A DNA stretch of 64,000 nt from Dendrobates tinctorius (GCF_039654945.1 NW_027361767.1:10168001-10232000); one strand, 5' to 3'. Counted from the stretch's first letter, positions 1 through 13,250 are shown. Numbers and translations are program-made. The notes: generated from the letters alone by a model not told the origin.

Positions 1-114
1 AGATTCTTTCGTCTTTGTTCTTCCTTTCCACTTCTAATAGCAGAGTTCTCAATAGCATTTGTCAGGTGTATGGCTTTTTCTGGTCTTTTGCTTCCCTTCC
101 CATGTTGTTCTAGT

Positions 115-510
115 TTAAGCTCTCCTTACAAGTGTAGCAAGGCGACTTCCAAATACATGCTTTCCAGTCTTCGTAAGGTGCACCCCATCTCTAGCAAGTA
201 GTCCATCGTATAAGTAGTTCACTCCGTGATCCAGAAATCCAAATCGTTGCTGACGGCACCATCGACGTAGCCAGTTGTTCACCTGCAGAATCTTATTCCA
301 CCTCCTTGTTCCATGGCCATCCACTGGGGGGATGGAAGAGAAGACCACCTGCGCTCCCAGTTCTTTCAATTTCTTGCCTAAGTCTTCAAAGTCTCTGCAG
401 ATGGTTTCCAGGTCGTTTCTTGCGGTGTCATTTGTCCCCACATGTAGTAGCAGGAATGGGTAGTCATCTGTAGGTCTGAAGAGTCCTGATATCCTGTCAG
501 ACACATCTTT
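115..510 (-). pseudogene. CR1 LINE ORF1 fragment (SGNH esterase domain)
   Basis: Translation has LLLHVGTND (SGNH block III) and DGVHL (DxxH block V), typical of CR1 ORF1p; N-terminal part of the ORF-track ORF (511-573) looks unrelated. Confidence 0.8.
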
Positions 511-1099
511 AATATAGTAATAGTGGCTATGTAGTAACCTGTCCCAGTAGGCGAGCAAAGCAGGACCAGTCATTTGTCTTTTTTTTTCCCACTCCCATTA
601 TTTCAATCCACATAATACCGCCATACTAGGCTAAGATAATACTGCTATACAAGTTCAAGTTAATACTGTTATATATACCACCGCTCTATGGTCCCCTTGA
701 AAGCCCGCACAATACGACAATTCTGTTCCAAAGATAATTCTACTGTATAAAGTGCCACTAGGATTGCTACCTCCAATAGGTGGCACTAGAGTTCTAGTCC
801 TCTTCCTCTCTGAAGAGACAATTTGCATAAATAATACAACCATACACTACTCTATAACACTAGGGGAGTTAATTTGTTCATGGTAGTTCTCATCTCATTC
901 CATATACAATAACACAGAGCTCTTCATATATCTAAAAGCCTCCATACACATAAGACTACAGATGGCTGAGCCTACAAGCTAATATGTATGATGACATTGC
1001 GACTCTTCCTCAACGGATAGTTTCAATGGTGAGAAAAATTTGGGACATTGGATTTCTGACTGATGATCCTTTTGCTCTCCGGGATTTAAGTAGCTGCTA

Positions 1100-1570
1100 C
1101 AGGAGGCTGGAGGACGCAGAGGAGCCAGGAAGACGAAGAGGAGTCTGGTGGTCACAGAGGAGTCTGGAAGACTCCAAGGACACAGAGGAGTCTGGAGGTC
1201 GTAGAAGAGTCTGGAGGTTGAAGAGGAGTCTGGAGGACACAGAAGACTCTGGACGCATAGAAGTTTGGAGGACGCAGAGTCTGAAGGTCGCAGAGGAGTT
1301 TGGAAGGTGCAGAAGAGTCTGGAGGTCGCAGAAGAGTCTGGAGGGCAAGAAGAGTCTGGAGGCCGCAGAAGAGTGTTGTGAGCCAGAGATGTCTGTAGGA
1401 CAGAGAGAAATTACACAGATGAATCTGTAGGACACAAAGGAGTCTAAAGGATGAAGGGGAGTCTGGAGGACACAGAAGAAGGCCCAGAGGACTCTGGAGT
1501 ATGCAGAGGAATCTGGAAGATGCTGAGGATTGTTGAGATCCAAATGAGTCAGGAGGACGCAGAGTAGTCT
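1100..1570 (+). repeat. Degenerate ~21-bp minisatellite (GAGGAGTCTGGAGGACGCAGA-like)
   Basis: Recurring gagtctggagg motif at roughly 21-bp spacing. Confidence 0.75.
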
Positions 1571-2367
1571 AGAGAATCAAATATATAATCTTAATTTAGA
1601 CAGGGGAACAAAAGTGCATACATAAATCCTTTAAGAAGCTATCATTTATTAATAATTGATAAATGACACCCAACTCCCTACAGTGCAAGAGAACTAAACA
1701 TAAAGAAACAGATTGTCAATAAAAGTCGACCACTAATTGGATCTGATAGATAGGGCTATAGATAATGTATACAAAATATATTGTCATGAGTCCAAAAAGG
1801 TCTGTCAATCAGACCGGGAATGTTAGTATTGTCACACAATACTGGATTACCACAACATACGCATACACAGACAAATAGGTGCACAAGGCCAGATTAATAC
1901 TGGATTAGAATGTTGTATGTGCATATTTAATATAATTATGCACATATGTACAGTAATTTAAAAAAAAAACAGAAAACACTGGATCAGAGACTATTAAATG
2001 TATAGAGCAGTACGAAAGATAACAAATATAAACAGTACTGGTCTGCAGAACCAGATAAATACCAGTTTATAGTCTTGAACATATATTATATATTGACACC
2101 AGATGGCTTATGTATCCCTGAGATGCCATTAAAATCACTCATCCTGAGAACGGAGGTTGACACCCTAATTTGGAAAGTTTTTCGCACCGCCGCTCCACGG
2201 CGGCTCTCTCTAGATATCCCCATTTGTCACTATTGTAATGCATATTTATAGGAGGACATCCTATGCTAGAGTCCAACTATCTAGTAGGGAAGACAAAAGG
2301 AGAGCAATGTACAGAAAGAGAAATGATACTTTACAATGTGATGATACTATGTACTATGACTACACTG

Positions 2368-2900
2368 TGTCACTTCTCACCGACAAGCCGTTGGTCAGGA
2401 TAGTCAAGGAGTCTAAGGAAAAAAGCCAGGAGGGTATGTCATAAACAGAAGGAAGAAACAAAGGTGTAATCAGGTAACGGTCTGACGTCAAAATGCCAGG
2501 AGGATATCGGATCAGAGCAAAGGGGTTAAATAGTCAGAGCGAGGTCCAAGGTCAGGCAACAAAAGATCAGCAAACGGAATACAAGGCACACAGAAACATT
2601 CCACACAAAAAATGAATGTACGCCTGGCCCGAGGTCTGGGACTAACAGCCCAGATAAGTAGCCAGGCAATCACCTGGGACAATGAACACCTGGAGACAGC
2701 CAGCACCTCCCTGTCTCAGATTGGATGGCTGAGCTGTCAGTCAAAACACTGACAGAGAAGAGATGCTGGCCCAAACTCTAAGGAAGAGAAGCTGCGATGC
2801 AATGAAGACGCTGAGTATAGTAATCGCATGGCGAGAGCAAGAAGAAGTTGGGACAAAGCCCTAGCCTGCCAGGACAGCAGGACCACCCACTCAAATCAGG
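2368..2900. mobile_element. Probable LTR remnant, related to 56020-56219 + 60068-60170
   Basis: Shares blocks with the second locus (ccagga..atc.gatcagagcaaagg, gaggtccaaggtcag.ca.caaaaga, tgtctcagattgga/agtctcagactgga); boundaries uncertain. Confidence 0.4.
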
Positions 2901-3844
2901 ACAGTCCCGCGGAATCCGGAACAGTTGAGAACTATGGTATCAGCAGACAGTAATACTATGTGTAGGATTAGATACATTGTTATCAGCAGACAGTATCACA
3001 AATGATTGTCATAGATACATTATATGAGAAGACAATATCGCACATTATAGGGTTAGACTCATTATAGGGTTAGATACAGGACTGACTGTGTCTGGGGTTA
3101 TCATCCTTGTGTGATTATATGATGAGTGATGATCACACACCTCTATATACCGTTATGCACTATTTTTTCAGCATCGCCCTGGATATCTCCCTGGGTTGTT
3201 GATGCGATCCGTACACCCATCTATGGGACCTCTGTATTTGGGTTTAGGAAGACAGCCCGGCCCTTCCATTAACAATGGCAGGATGTGAGCGCACTGCGTC
3301 TGACAACCACATTTCCCTATAGATAGCCAGACGGGACTGAAAACTAATGACACTGACGTCAGGGATATAATGAGTCTCATGGCCACGTGCAGAGCGATCC
3401 AGTGATAGGAATGGGGGCACTCTCACTACAGAATGCAGATATGCTTATTGGGGTAACTGGTGCGATTTTGGTTAATCGAGGTTGTGGAAACCAGATGTGA
3501 CCATAGCTCAACTCAACCCCCAAAATTATCTCCTGTAGAGAACTTAAAGGGTGCGTAACCATTTGCAACCCATTCTTTTATCGCTTCAGTTCAAAAACCA
3601 TAAAATATAATCTTGCAAATAGTTTTGTGGGTACAGCTCCTATGCAGGCCTATATGTCTCTCTATGAACAAAATAGGGGTACAAAAAGAGTAGTTTAATC
3701 CAAGTGTCATAGAAAGGCATCACATATTTGGTTTAGGGTTTGTTTGCACTGCATAGTCATAGACACATATAGGTTTGCATACGAGATGCATACCCTAAAC
3801 GGTAGGAGATTTTAGAACGAGATTTATTCAAAATTGCTTTATGA

Positions 3845-4142
3845 AGACTTGTCACTTGCCTTGAATATGTTCTCCTGAATTCAGAGATGTTTTTCTTTTG
3901 TTCCTGCGCCTCCCCATTCCTGAGATATCTTCCCTTTAAATAAAACTAATCTTTTTAGGCAACTGGGCGTGGTAATCAAGAGGAAAAGTTTATGACCATG
4001 CCCACTTGGCAAAAAAAATGACTAGATTTATGTACAAGGAAGAGAGGGGTCATAACTCAGGAATGGAAGGGCGTAGGAATAAAAGAAAAACAACGCTGGA
4101 TTCAGTAGAACATAATTATGACAATAGACAGGTCCTCTTTAA
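3845..4142. mobile_element. Degenerate palindromic MITE (T2/TTAA-type)
   Basis: Internal inverted repeat (cctgcgcctccccattcctgag ... ctcaggaatggaagggcgtagg); right end gacaggtcctctttaa. Confidence 0.45.
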
Positions 4143-7100
4143 TTTTATATTATTTTTGATGCACTGAATCCATGCAAAATTTAGTTGCAAAAGTATGTCC
4201 TTCATAGAAAAATTTCTAGGGTTACTTTTTGTTTCCAGCCCTCACTGGAGGTCGGTGGTATGTTGACAGCACTGTATTTTGGCCGTCATCACTAAACTGT
4301 GATGGAACATCTGCTATGTGACTTCTGGGCTAATAAGGCTCATTTACCATGGGTGGTATTAAAGCAATGAAGCTCTGACGACTGCTCTAATTAGCAGATT
4401 GTCCTCGTATTTCATGCCCGCAAAGACTATTTCTGACTTGTGTGGAGGTGAGAATTAATTAGGGTTATTGACATCTATAAAGTGCAAGGTTAGTGGTTGC
4501 ACCCTGGTCATATGTTAGATTATGCATTGTGGCCCAGGATCTTCAAATTATGCCCCCTCACAACTCCAAAAATCGGGATGTGGTGCTTAATAGAAAGTTT
4601 CAGTGATTCCATCTGCAGCGAGACCAGGAATTGGGGTAAAACCGAATATAATAGCGAGCCATTGCAAAGTAAAGATTGCCCCCTATCACTTGCCAAAAAC
4701 TGTACAAAATGGAGATCTACTAGACGAGTTAGAAAATCTTCCGGGCATCCTCTAAATCCCCCAAAAACAAATGTCCCAAATATGCAAGGACCATCATGAT
4801 TTTTTTTTTTGATACAGCCCAAGCAAATTTTCTATGCGCATGGCAGGAAAGGCACAAAAAGTATTTTCCCGTTAAAATTATGGTAGTCCTGGTCTTCTCC
4901 AGGTGAAAAAACAAAACATTTTTACATGATAGTAACTTTGCTAACACTTCTCAGGAAGCTTCTAAAATAGATTTTGTGCATGATTGCGGAAGGATAGGTC
5001 AATAGACGGAACCCTGGGATCCAAGCCTATGCTCGGAGTAGTTGGGTAATGGGGGTGTGGGTGGATGTGGAATGGGCATAGCCCGAAAAAACCATCACAG
5101 AAAAAATTTCAGTGACAGTTGGAAGGATAGTAGTGTTGTAGATCAGATCTAGAAAACAGAGGGACCTACCCAAAAAAAGAGAACCAGGCATCTTCTCGGC
5201 TTCCGGACATCATAGTCCGCAACAGTTGTAGATATGATTGAGTTCCATTTAATTAACAGTATTGTCTCTACATTGTTCTAGACCACCAGTTTCATTTCTG
5301 TCCTCAACATCACATATTGATAATAGATGAGGACAATGTGGTCACCTCTGATAACTTCTCCACAGAACCTTCCTCAGTCCCCTCTCAGTAATGTTTAGTC
5401 TTCCTGCTCACAGATGATTGGTGACCTACACAAGCCTTCAGGGCCATATCAGAGTATAAGGCCACTGAATCTTACTTATGACCATCCTTTGACTGGAAAG
5501 TCACAGTCACTAACAAAAATAAAAATGTATGGTAGCAAACCAGCAACATTTCTGCTAACTTTGACTGTTGATATGGCACAAACTCCCCGGTGGGAAGGCC
5601 ACTTTGTTGACCCAGTCAAGGTACATATTAGTGAGATGATGACAAAAAATTGGACAAGCTGGTAACACGCCTGACAACTCCGGCTACCAACTTAAAGAAG
5701 GCTGGGCTGTCCAGCTACCCACCTAACAAAAGTCCAACAGCAGCCAGGTCATGATACATTGGTGTTCCAGTAGCATGAATGCTCAGAAGACCTCAGGAAA
5801 GTGTTTATGTTAAAATTTTAGCCCAAAATTTTACAAACAAATATAATCTGACAGATAACTTTCCATATTCCGACTTTGAAATCAAAGTAAAGTACAAGGA
5901 GACACCTCATGCACCTCTTTGGCAGCCAACAGTCCTATATTCAACCGGCTGTCCCAATATTTTGGATGCCATCCAAGGAAATTGGGGGCTGTACCTGAAT
6001 GCCAAATGAGGACGGGGTTTATGTAAAACCCACCTAAAAGTGAATGGTACCTGGGTGGAGTTGGGGGCATTCACAGGTGGAACTGGAACATTTTCTGCCT
6101 ACATCATCATGCTGGTAAATATATAATGTGGCCTTGTACATTAGCCCTTAGTCTAAAGATGACCGTACAAATGGGAGAACTGTTGACCAAACGCAAGTCT
6201 GCCAAAAACGTCTCATCCCATCTCATTGAATTTCCCCATAAATGTGCACATAAACCAGACATACAAATTAGACTTATGTCATGCAAACCCACTGGTATGG
6301 CCGATGGTCTAATGTGTATGGGGGTGCTGGTCAAATGATGGTCGGGAATGATTTTGATCAGGTAGGTCCGATTTCACATTGTTATCCTTGAAACAAGTCG
6401 CCAACCAACATGTCAGTCTTGTCAGTGTCATTCTCACAGAGAACGCAGGAGCACTCAGCTGAATGAGAGCTCCAGAGTATGGGAGATTCAGTTGAGATGG
6501 CTCTCAGCCGAATAAACTTTCAGGTGACAGCCAATTAATGCGTTGGCCAGCTTTAGCTGTATGGTTAAGAGAATAAGCTCATGCTCTCCAAACATACATT
6601 AGATCTTTAGTCAATTTTATGAGAAAAATTAGGTTTGACCAACTTTGGTGTATGGCTCTTTGATTTTCAAAAATGTATATATAAATGTTGGGAACTCTAC
6701 TAAGGAACTGGTAACTCTTAAAGTAGGACAGCCAAAGGGAATGTTGACCTTCCGAGAGCCATATTTTATCTTTGGTACATATGTTCAGGTATAACATAAT
6801 GTATGTATTTACCACTGGTCATACATGAATCAGTTTTGCAGTCAAGTTTCCCAAAGTTGTGCCACTCTTGTCTTAAGACAAGTATTATATGGGATAGTAA
6901 TTCTTCTATAGTCTATATTTGAAGGCCACCATGCAAACCTATTGTTGGCCAAAGCTAAAGGATCAGTCAACCATCTAATGTGTACGGGTCCTCTTGACGC
7001 CCAACATCATCATTTGTTAGGGATCTTATATCTAATAGACATGACGATGGCTATCTAAGGTGTATGGGGTGTTTATGAAGCCTCTTATAAGATTAATCCA

Positions 7101-7812
7101 GATAGTCTCTATAACTTATACATGGGGTTGTCTACAAGAGCTACAAAATGGTGCTGAACTTCTTCAGGTGGAAGATCTTTGACCAAAAGACCAAAGTCCA
7201 ACTATTGTTTTCTGGTTGACCCTTAAATTTCATGTTACAGGACCGCAGAGGAACCTCATGATAATGACATAGGGATGAGATTGCCATAATTAACATTACA
7301 ACTGCCTTATTACCGCCATATACTGTACATATCAAAAGAAGCGGCTTTGTGGCATTTTTTTGAAGTCACTGCAGGTTTGAATTTTTCAAAGAAGATGGAT
7401 TGTAAGGGCTGTGATTTCCACCCTGTAATTTTGTCAGAAGGAAGATGAATGGAAGTGCAATAGAATTAAGATCTTCTTAATTTTGGGCATTGAAGTCTCC
7501 TTGTAAAGACAATCCAGCGATGCCTTGCTGCATTGTTTAATTTAAAGACCCCAGCGTTCTCAAGAAAAACGTGCGGCTATGGGCAGGATTTATGGAGAAA
7601 TTATGTCAGGGACAAGGACACAGGAAAAATGTGATGACAGGAAGTGAAGATAAGAATGTCACAAGGGATAAGATTAGGACACATTGCAAGCAGGGAAGGG
7701 GAACAGGATAACACAACATAAGCTACATGGAAGATGTCAAACCTATTATTGATAAGGGGCAGTACTCAGACTGCTGCAGATCCACAGAAAAATAAGGCAT
7801 ACATGTAGAAAA

Positions 7813-8241
7813 CAGTACTATAGTAGTTATATTCTTGTACATAGGGGCAGTATTATAGTAGTTATATTCTTGTACATAGGGGCAGTATTATAGTAGTTAT
7901 ATTCTTGTACATAGGCGGCAGTATTATAGTATGTTATATTCTTGTACATAGGAGCAGTATTATAGTAGTTATATTCTTGTACATAGGGGCAGTATTATAG
8001 TAGTTATATTCTTGTACATAGGAGCAGTATTATAGTAGTTATATTCTTGTACATAGGAGCAGTATTATAGTAGTTATATTCTTGTACATAGGGGGCAGTA
8101 TTATAGTTGCTATATTCTTGTACATAGGGGGCAGTATTATAGTAGTTATATTCTTGTACGTAGGGGGCAGTATTATAGTAGTTATATTCTTGTACATACT
8201 GGGCAGTATTATAGTAGTTATATTCATGCACATTGGAGCAG
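7813..8241 (+). repeat. 35-36 bp minisatellite (GCAGTATTATAGTAGTTATATTCTTGTACATAGGG), array 1
   Basis: About 12 tandem units; interrupted by Gypsy element A and resumes at 24979. Confidence 0.95.
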
Positions 8242-9259
8242 TGGGTCACCCTCCCAGGGCTGTGGGGTACTCGGTACCGGGCCGGTCTCTCAGAGGTGAA
8301 TTGTCACAGCAGCGGTGACCCGGTCCATGGCCCTGGGCACCCATGTAAAAGGGTTGAGTTGGACTAAAGTTTATAAGTGATTTGTGACGCCACCTGAGGT
8401 GTTCGGCAAGGGAGGTGTTCAGCCGACGCTGCAGACAGATCCTCTGGAACAGATGGTGTGGTGCAGCAATGATGGTGTAGCCCTCCACGGGTAGGGCTGT
8501 TGGTCCCAAGGCAGTGTAGCGGAATGCTTATGAAAAGGGTGCAGTGTTTGACACAGAGATGTAGCAGTGCTGAGGATGTTGCAGGAAGGAGGCAAGGACA
8601 CAACAGGGTGCAGTTTCTTTACCTTTACTTGACAAACGCAGTCCAGGGTCCTGATTACAGATGGCACAGGAGCAGGCTAGCCTGGAAGCAACTCAGGGAT
8701 CTCTCTATCAGATGGGTTGTGTAGTCTCCTTCTTAGCGCTGGCTTGAGGTACATGCAGTACTTTGTTACACTGAAGTTCCTCCTTCTTATCTTCTCTTAG
8801 AACTACCTCGTATGGCAGACAGCTGTAGCCCTCTATCTCTCTTGGCTCACCCGTCGCTGTTGTGCCTCCGAGTCTTAGTTGGGAATAGAGCATTTACAGC
8901 TTCCTATTCCTCTGGTTTCTGTTGCAGGACCTTGAGTATCCGTACAACTGTGGAGACCAGACTCCAGATCATGCGCTCTCATTGTGAGGGAGCTCTCTTT
9001 CCTCAGCTCAACCTCCAGCTTCTCTCCACACGTCTACACTCGTTGCCCTCCTCACACTAACTATTTCCCCTCCTGGCCTTCAGAGCACGCTTCTCCCCCA
9101 ATCCTGGTTCAGAGCTCCCTCTGCTGGCCCGGAGTGGTAACTGTGTTGCATGAAAATTATTAACTGCTAGAGAGACTCTTCATTGCTTCCAAGCATGACA
9201 TCACCCTCCCTGGAGGAAGGCAATGCCATTGTGGTGACCATACTCCTGGGGGCGCCGCA
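8242..9259 (-). repeat. 3' LTR of element A
   Basis: Direct repeat of 23958-24978; flanked internally by a polypurine tract (minus ACTAGGGGGAA, 9260-9270). Confidence 0.93.
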
Positions 9260-9933
9260 TTCCCCCTAGTGCAAGTCAGCACTCCTGGGCTGATAAAAGA
9301 AAGCATGAATAACATATAAACATGTAAACAGTATGAAGGTTACAAGATTTTAAAAAATCAAAAATGTACAAAAACCAAAAGCTCCAAAAATAGTCCTATG
9401 ATGATAAGTCCAAGCATCAATGTCCATGGACCATTCCTGGGCAAATGGTGAACTATGTACAAATTGGTGACCACACAAGTCCTGTGGTACAAAGTCCATA
9501 AAACAAAACTGGCAAATTCAAAGGAAACTCTTACAGATTACCTGTAGGCACAAACTTGAAAACAGTTACATATATACACAATTTCAACATTCACATAAAC
9601 TTAGCTACAGTATATACGATATCTGATGGGCGGTATACCTTTTGTAGTACAGGTAGACCTGTGCAACACTGGTGTGACTGGGGATCTTACTGGTTGTCTA
9701 GAGCTAACTACTGGTGTAGTTAAACTAAGTAGTATTCTCCTACTGGCTCTTAGTCTCACCATGGGTATGACAGATTCACCATTGGCAGGGCGAGGGTTCT
9801 CTGGCTCCACTGCTGTTATGGCATCTGCTACCTGAACTTCCCGAATTTCAGAGTTCTCATGAGTCACTTCTGCTTGTACTACCAGTTGGGGAAATGTCAA
9901 CACTGGCACCACTATAGCATCATTTACTTTAGT

Positions 9934-10724
9934 CTAATTTGCAGGGAATTCTCCAAGTATGGTGCTGACTTTCTCTTCTTCCACGGGTTGGATGTCATTC
10001 TGTTCTTCCATTCTTTCTTTTAGCTGGTCAGGGCATAAATTCAAATGATCCCTTGATATTGCTGCTGAGGTTTCTCCTCCATCTTTACTAATAAGGCACA
10101 CCTTGGTATTGTCAAAGTTTGAGGGTAGAATGGTGTAGGGCTCAGCTTCCCATTGGTCATCCAGCTTATGCAGTCTTCTTTTCCTCTTGAGGACTTGTTC
10201 TCTTGGTGACAAGGGAACTGCAGGGGCATGCTGATTGTAATTCCTCTCTTGTTTTTGTCTTGCCTGAGCTAGACTCTTTTCCACACACTCTTGTACTCTT
10301 CGGTACTGTTGCTGCCTCTCTGTGTCCCAGTCAGCATCTGATGACGTCACCTCAGGTGTCAGGACTTCCATATCCAAATCAATAGGCAGTTTAACAGGCC
10401 TCGCTCTCATTAGGTAGGCTGGAGTGCAGTTGGTGGAATTCACAGGAATGTGGTTGTAGAGGTCTACCAGATCTGGCAACTTTTCTGGCCACAGATTCTT
10501 CTCCTCCAAAGGCAAGGTCTTCAACAGGTCGATCACCACCTGGTTCATCTTCTCACACATGTCATTGGTCTGTGGATGGTACGGGGTTGTCCTGATCTTC
10601 TTACAACTGTACAAGTTACAGAATTCCTGGAACACTTCTGCCTCAAAAGCGGGACCTTGATCTGTAAGTACTCGCTCAGGATATCCATGTGGTCTACAGA
10701 AGTGCTGTTGAAAGGCTCTGGCTA
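9934..10724 (-). pseudogene. Element A integrase, core/C-terminal part
   Basis: VLTDQGPAFE, TTPYHPQTND.CEK motifs; continues the integrase at 12065-12423 once solo LTR C is removed. Confidence 0.9.
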
Positions 10725-12064
10725 TGTGGCGCCCCTGAGGCTCGGTCGCCACAGAGGTACTGCACCTTCTCCTAAGGTGTAGTGCCCCACCAACTAGGTA
10801 AGTTGGGAACTCCTTTCCACACTCCAACACCTGCACCCCACACACAGGATAGTTCAGCACTGACCACATTGCGGCTTCATGCTTAGAGGGTAGCAGAGCA
10901 CCTTTCGTGGTTCCTTGCTTCGTAACACGAGATGTGCTGGGAGGTGGGTTGAGTTGAGACATATAAAAGGTTTGGAAGGTTTATAATTACAGAGGAGTCT
11001 GGAGGTTCAGTCTGGCAGAAGGTCAGGCGGGTAAGAAGTCACTCATATAGGAATGAGGATCCCTGGAAGAAGGGATGGAGGAAGGAGTGCTGCAGCTGCC
11101 TCAGTGACCTTAGCCAGCTGGCACGGGAAAGGAACAGAAGGAGAAGGACGCAGAACTGCAACCTAAGCTTCCATAAGAGCGAGAAGGAACAGTGCGGAAC
11201 GAAGGAGTAAGAGAACAGAGAGGAGTTGTGGGTTGGAAGAGGAACCCTGCCTATAGGTTCTCAGTGCAAGGCCGGGGCCCGGTCCCGAGGTTGTATGGAC
11301 ACTTAGGGTTCTGCAGCAGACACCGGTGGAGTAGTAGGCTGTAAATGCACTACTCCCATCTAAGAATTGGGGCACAACAGCAACTGAATAGAGAGCCAGG
11401 ACTCCGGAGAAGGGAGTCCCCGAGAAAGGCTACAGCTGTCTGCCATACGAGTAGAGTGGTTTGGAACATCTGACAGGAGGAACTTCAGAGTACCACGGTA
11501 CTGGAGCTCTTCACACTAAAAGGCGCAATAGAGGAGTCGTTCAGGAAAGGTACATGTTGGCGGAGTGTTGGAGAGGAGAATCCTGACTTGCCCGGGAGGT
11601 TGATTGAGTCTCTGCCCCGGAGGACACGGCACGGAGGCAGGCACCAGTGTGTACCATGAACTGTGAGTAAAGCTTTGGAACTGCAAGCCCTGCTATCTTC
11701 CATTCATTTGTGCTCCAACACCATCAGCACCGCTACATCTGGGTACCAGCACTCCTCACACCGCCTGCGCCTATCCTCATCTATTGCCATTACACTGCCC
11801 TGAGGTTACAGCTTCACCTGTGGGGAGCTACACCATCTATGCTGCAACACACCATCAGACCCAGAGGATCTGCACGCAGCGTTGGCTTAACATCTCGCTT
11901 GCCAAACACCACAGGTGGCGTCACGAACTATCACATAAACTATATCACAAACCACCATTGATTTGGGCGCCCAGGGCTACTGACTGGGTCACCGCTGCTG
12001 TGACACATTCCCCTCACACCGGCCCAGTACCGAGTACCCCACGGCCTTGGGACGGGGCGACCCA
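10725..12064 (+). mobile_element. Solo LTR C, from a family related to element A, inserted in A's integrase
   Basis: Starts TGTGGCGCCCC and ends GGGGCGACCCA like A's LTR in sense orientation; shares blocks (ggctacagctgtctgccatacgag, gtaccgagtaccccac). Confidence 0.85.
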
Positions 12065-12423
12065 CTGTCCTGGCTGTTTGATCTTTAACAGGCACAACTA
12101 CCAGGAATCTTGAGTAGTGGTCCACGATGGTAAGAGCATAGATGTAGCCCGAACGGCTTGGGACCAACTTCACATGGTCCAGGGCAACCAACTCAAGTGG
12201 CTGTTTGGTTATTATTGGCTGTAGAGGAGCTCTCTGGCTGTTTCGATCCTTTCTGCGCAGGTTACATTGTCCACACTCCCGGCACCACTTTTCAATGGTT
12301 TTCCTCATACCAGCCCAGTAGAACCTCTCCCGGAGCAATGCTTCCAACTTCTTCCATCCGAAGTGGCCAGCTCCATTGTGGTATGCTTCCAGGACCATTG
12401 ATGCCTCTCTCTTTGGGACTATC
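12065..12423 (-). pseudogene. Element A integrase, N-terminal HHCC zinc finger and first catalytic Asp
   Basis: YHNGAGHFG...CRECGQC, LVALDHV, TIVDHYSRF. Confidence 0.9.
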
Positions 12424-13250
12424 TGTAACATCGGCGGCCGTGCCCGCCAATATTCCATCAGCGGCGGCACCCGCAGCAGCCCCGTCTCACCTGCGCTTCT
12501 CCTCCTGGGCTTCCTACCGTCCTCCCTCCCATTCTGCTGCATTCCTGTGCGCCTCCCTTAGGCCGCGGGCGCGCGCCCGACCGCTCTCTTCACGCGGCGG
12601 GGGGCGTCACTGAGGGGCAGGGCCGTGGTGATCCACTTCCGGGTTTAAAGGTATTTCAGGCGTCTTCCCTAAGGGGAAGATGCCTGGTAATCGTGTGGTT
12701 CCCCTGCACTATTCTGGCCTCTATAGTGCTTCTATAGTCCTCTAGCCTAGTCTTTTCCTGGTCCCTGTCTTCCTTGTCTCTGTGTCCATCCCTTGCCATC
12801 CCTCCTGCCTGCCTTCTCCTAGTTTAGCCCTTGCTAACTTCTGCCTAGCATCTGGTGTTATAGTCCCTTGCCTGTTCCTGGTGTTACTGGTTCCCCGTCT
12901 TCTGTCCGTCCGCTGATTCTCCTGCCTCTGGTCCTCCACTTCTGCCTTCCCTCGCCAACAGTGCCTATCTCCTGCTGTTCCTCTCGGTGTCCTCCCTCCT
13001 CTGGTACCCCCTGCTCAGGAACCCTAGTCTCCGCCTTGCATCCCAGCCCGTCTGCATCCTTATTTGTCCTTGAGCCGTCCCTCTTGGTCCCGGCTGTCAC
13101 GGGTCTGACCCCTGCGGCCCTGCCCCTAACGATCCCTGTATAGGGGTCGGTTATCACCTGGCGTGCTCGGCCCAGGGGCTCCAGATCCGCAATCCAGAGG
13201 GTCCACTCCTGGATGTTGTCTACTACTGAACGTCACAGTATTACCAGGCC

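Noticed and set aside
2170-2215. Possible third hammerhead (minus strand GCCGCCG-tggag-CGGCGGT then GCGAAA)
   Set aside because: No CUGANGA core and no convincing stem I; only a GC hairpin.
3172-3272. Possible plus-strand terminal exon after ttttttcag (SPWISPWVVDAIRTPIYGTSVFGFRKTARPFH*)
   Set aside because: Protein not recognised and no supporting upstream exon in the window; needs RNA-seq or homology.
4440-5260. Possible decayed LINE fragments
   Set aside because: No diagnostic motif could be read with confidence.
9934-10962. 342-aa ORF as an intact integrase
   Set aside because: Chimeric: about the first 79 aa come from the antisense strand of solo LTR C.
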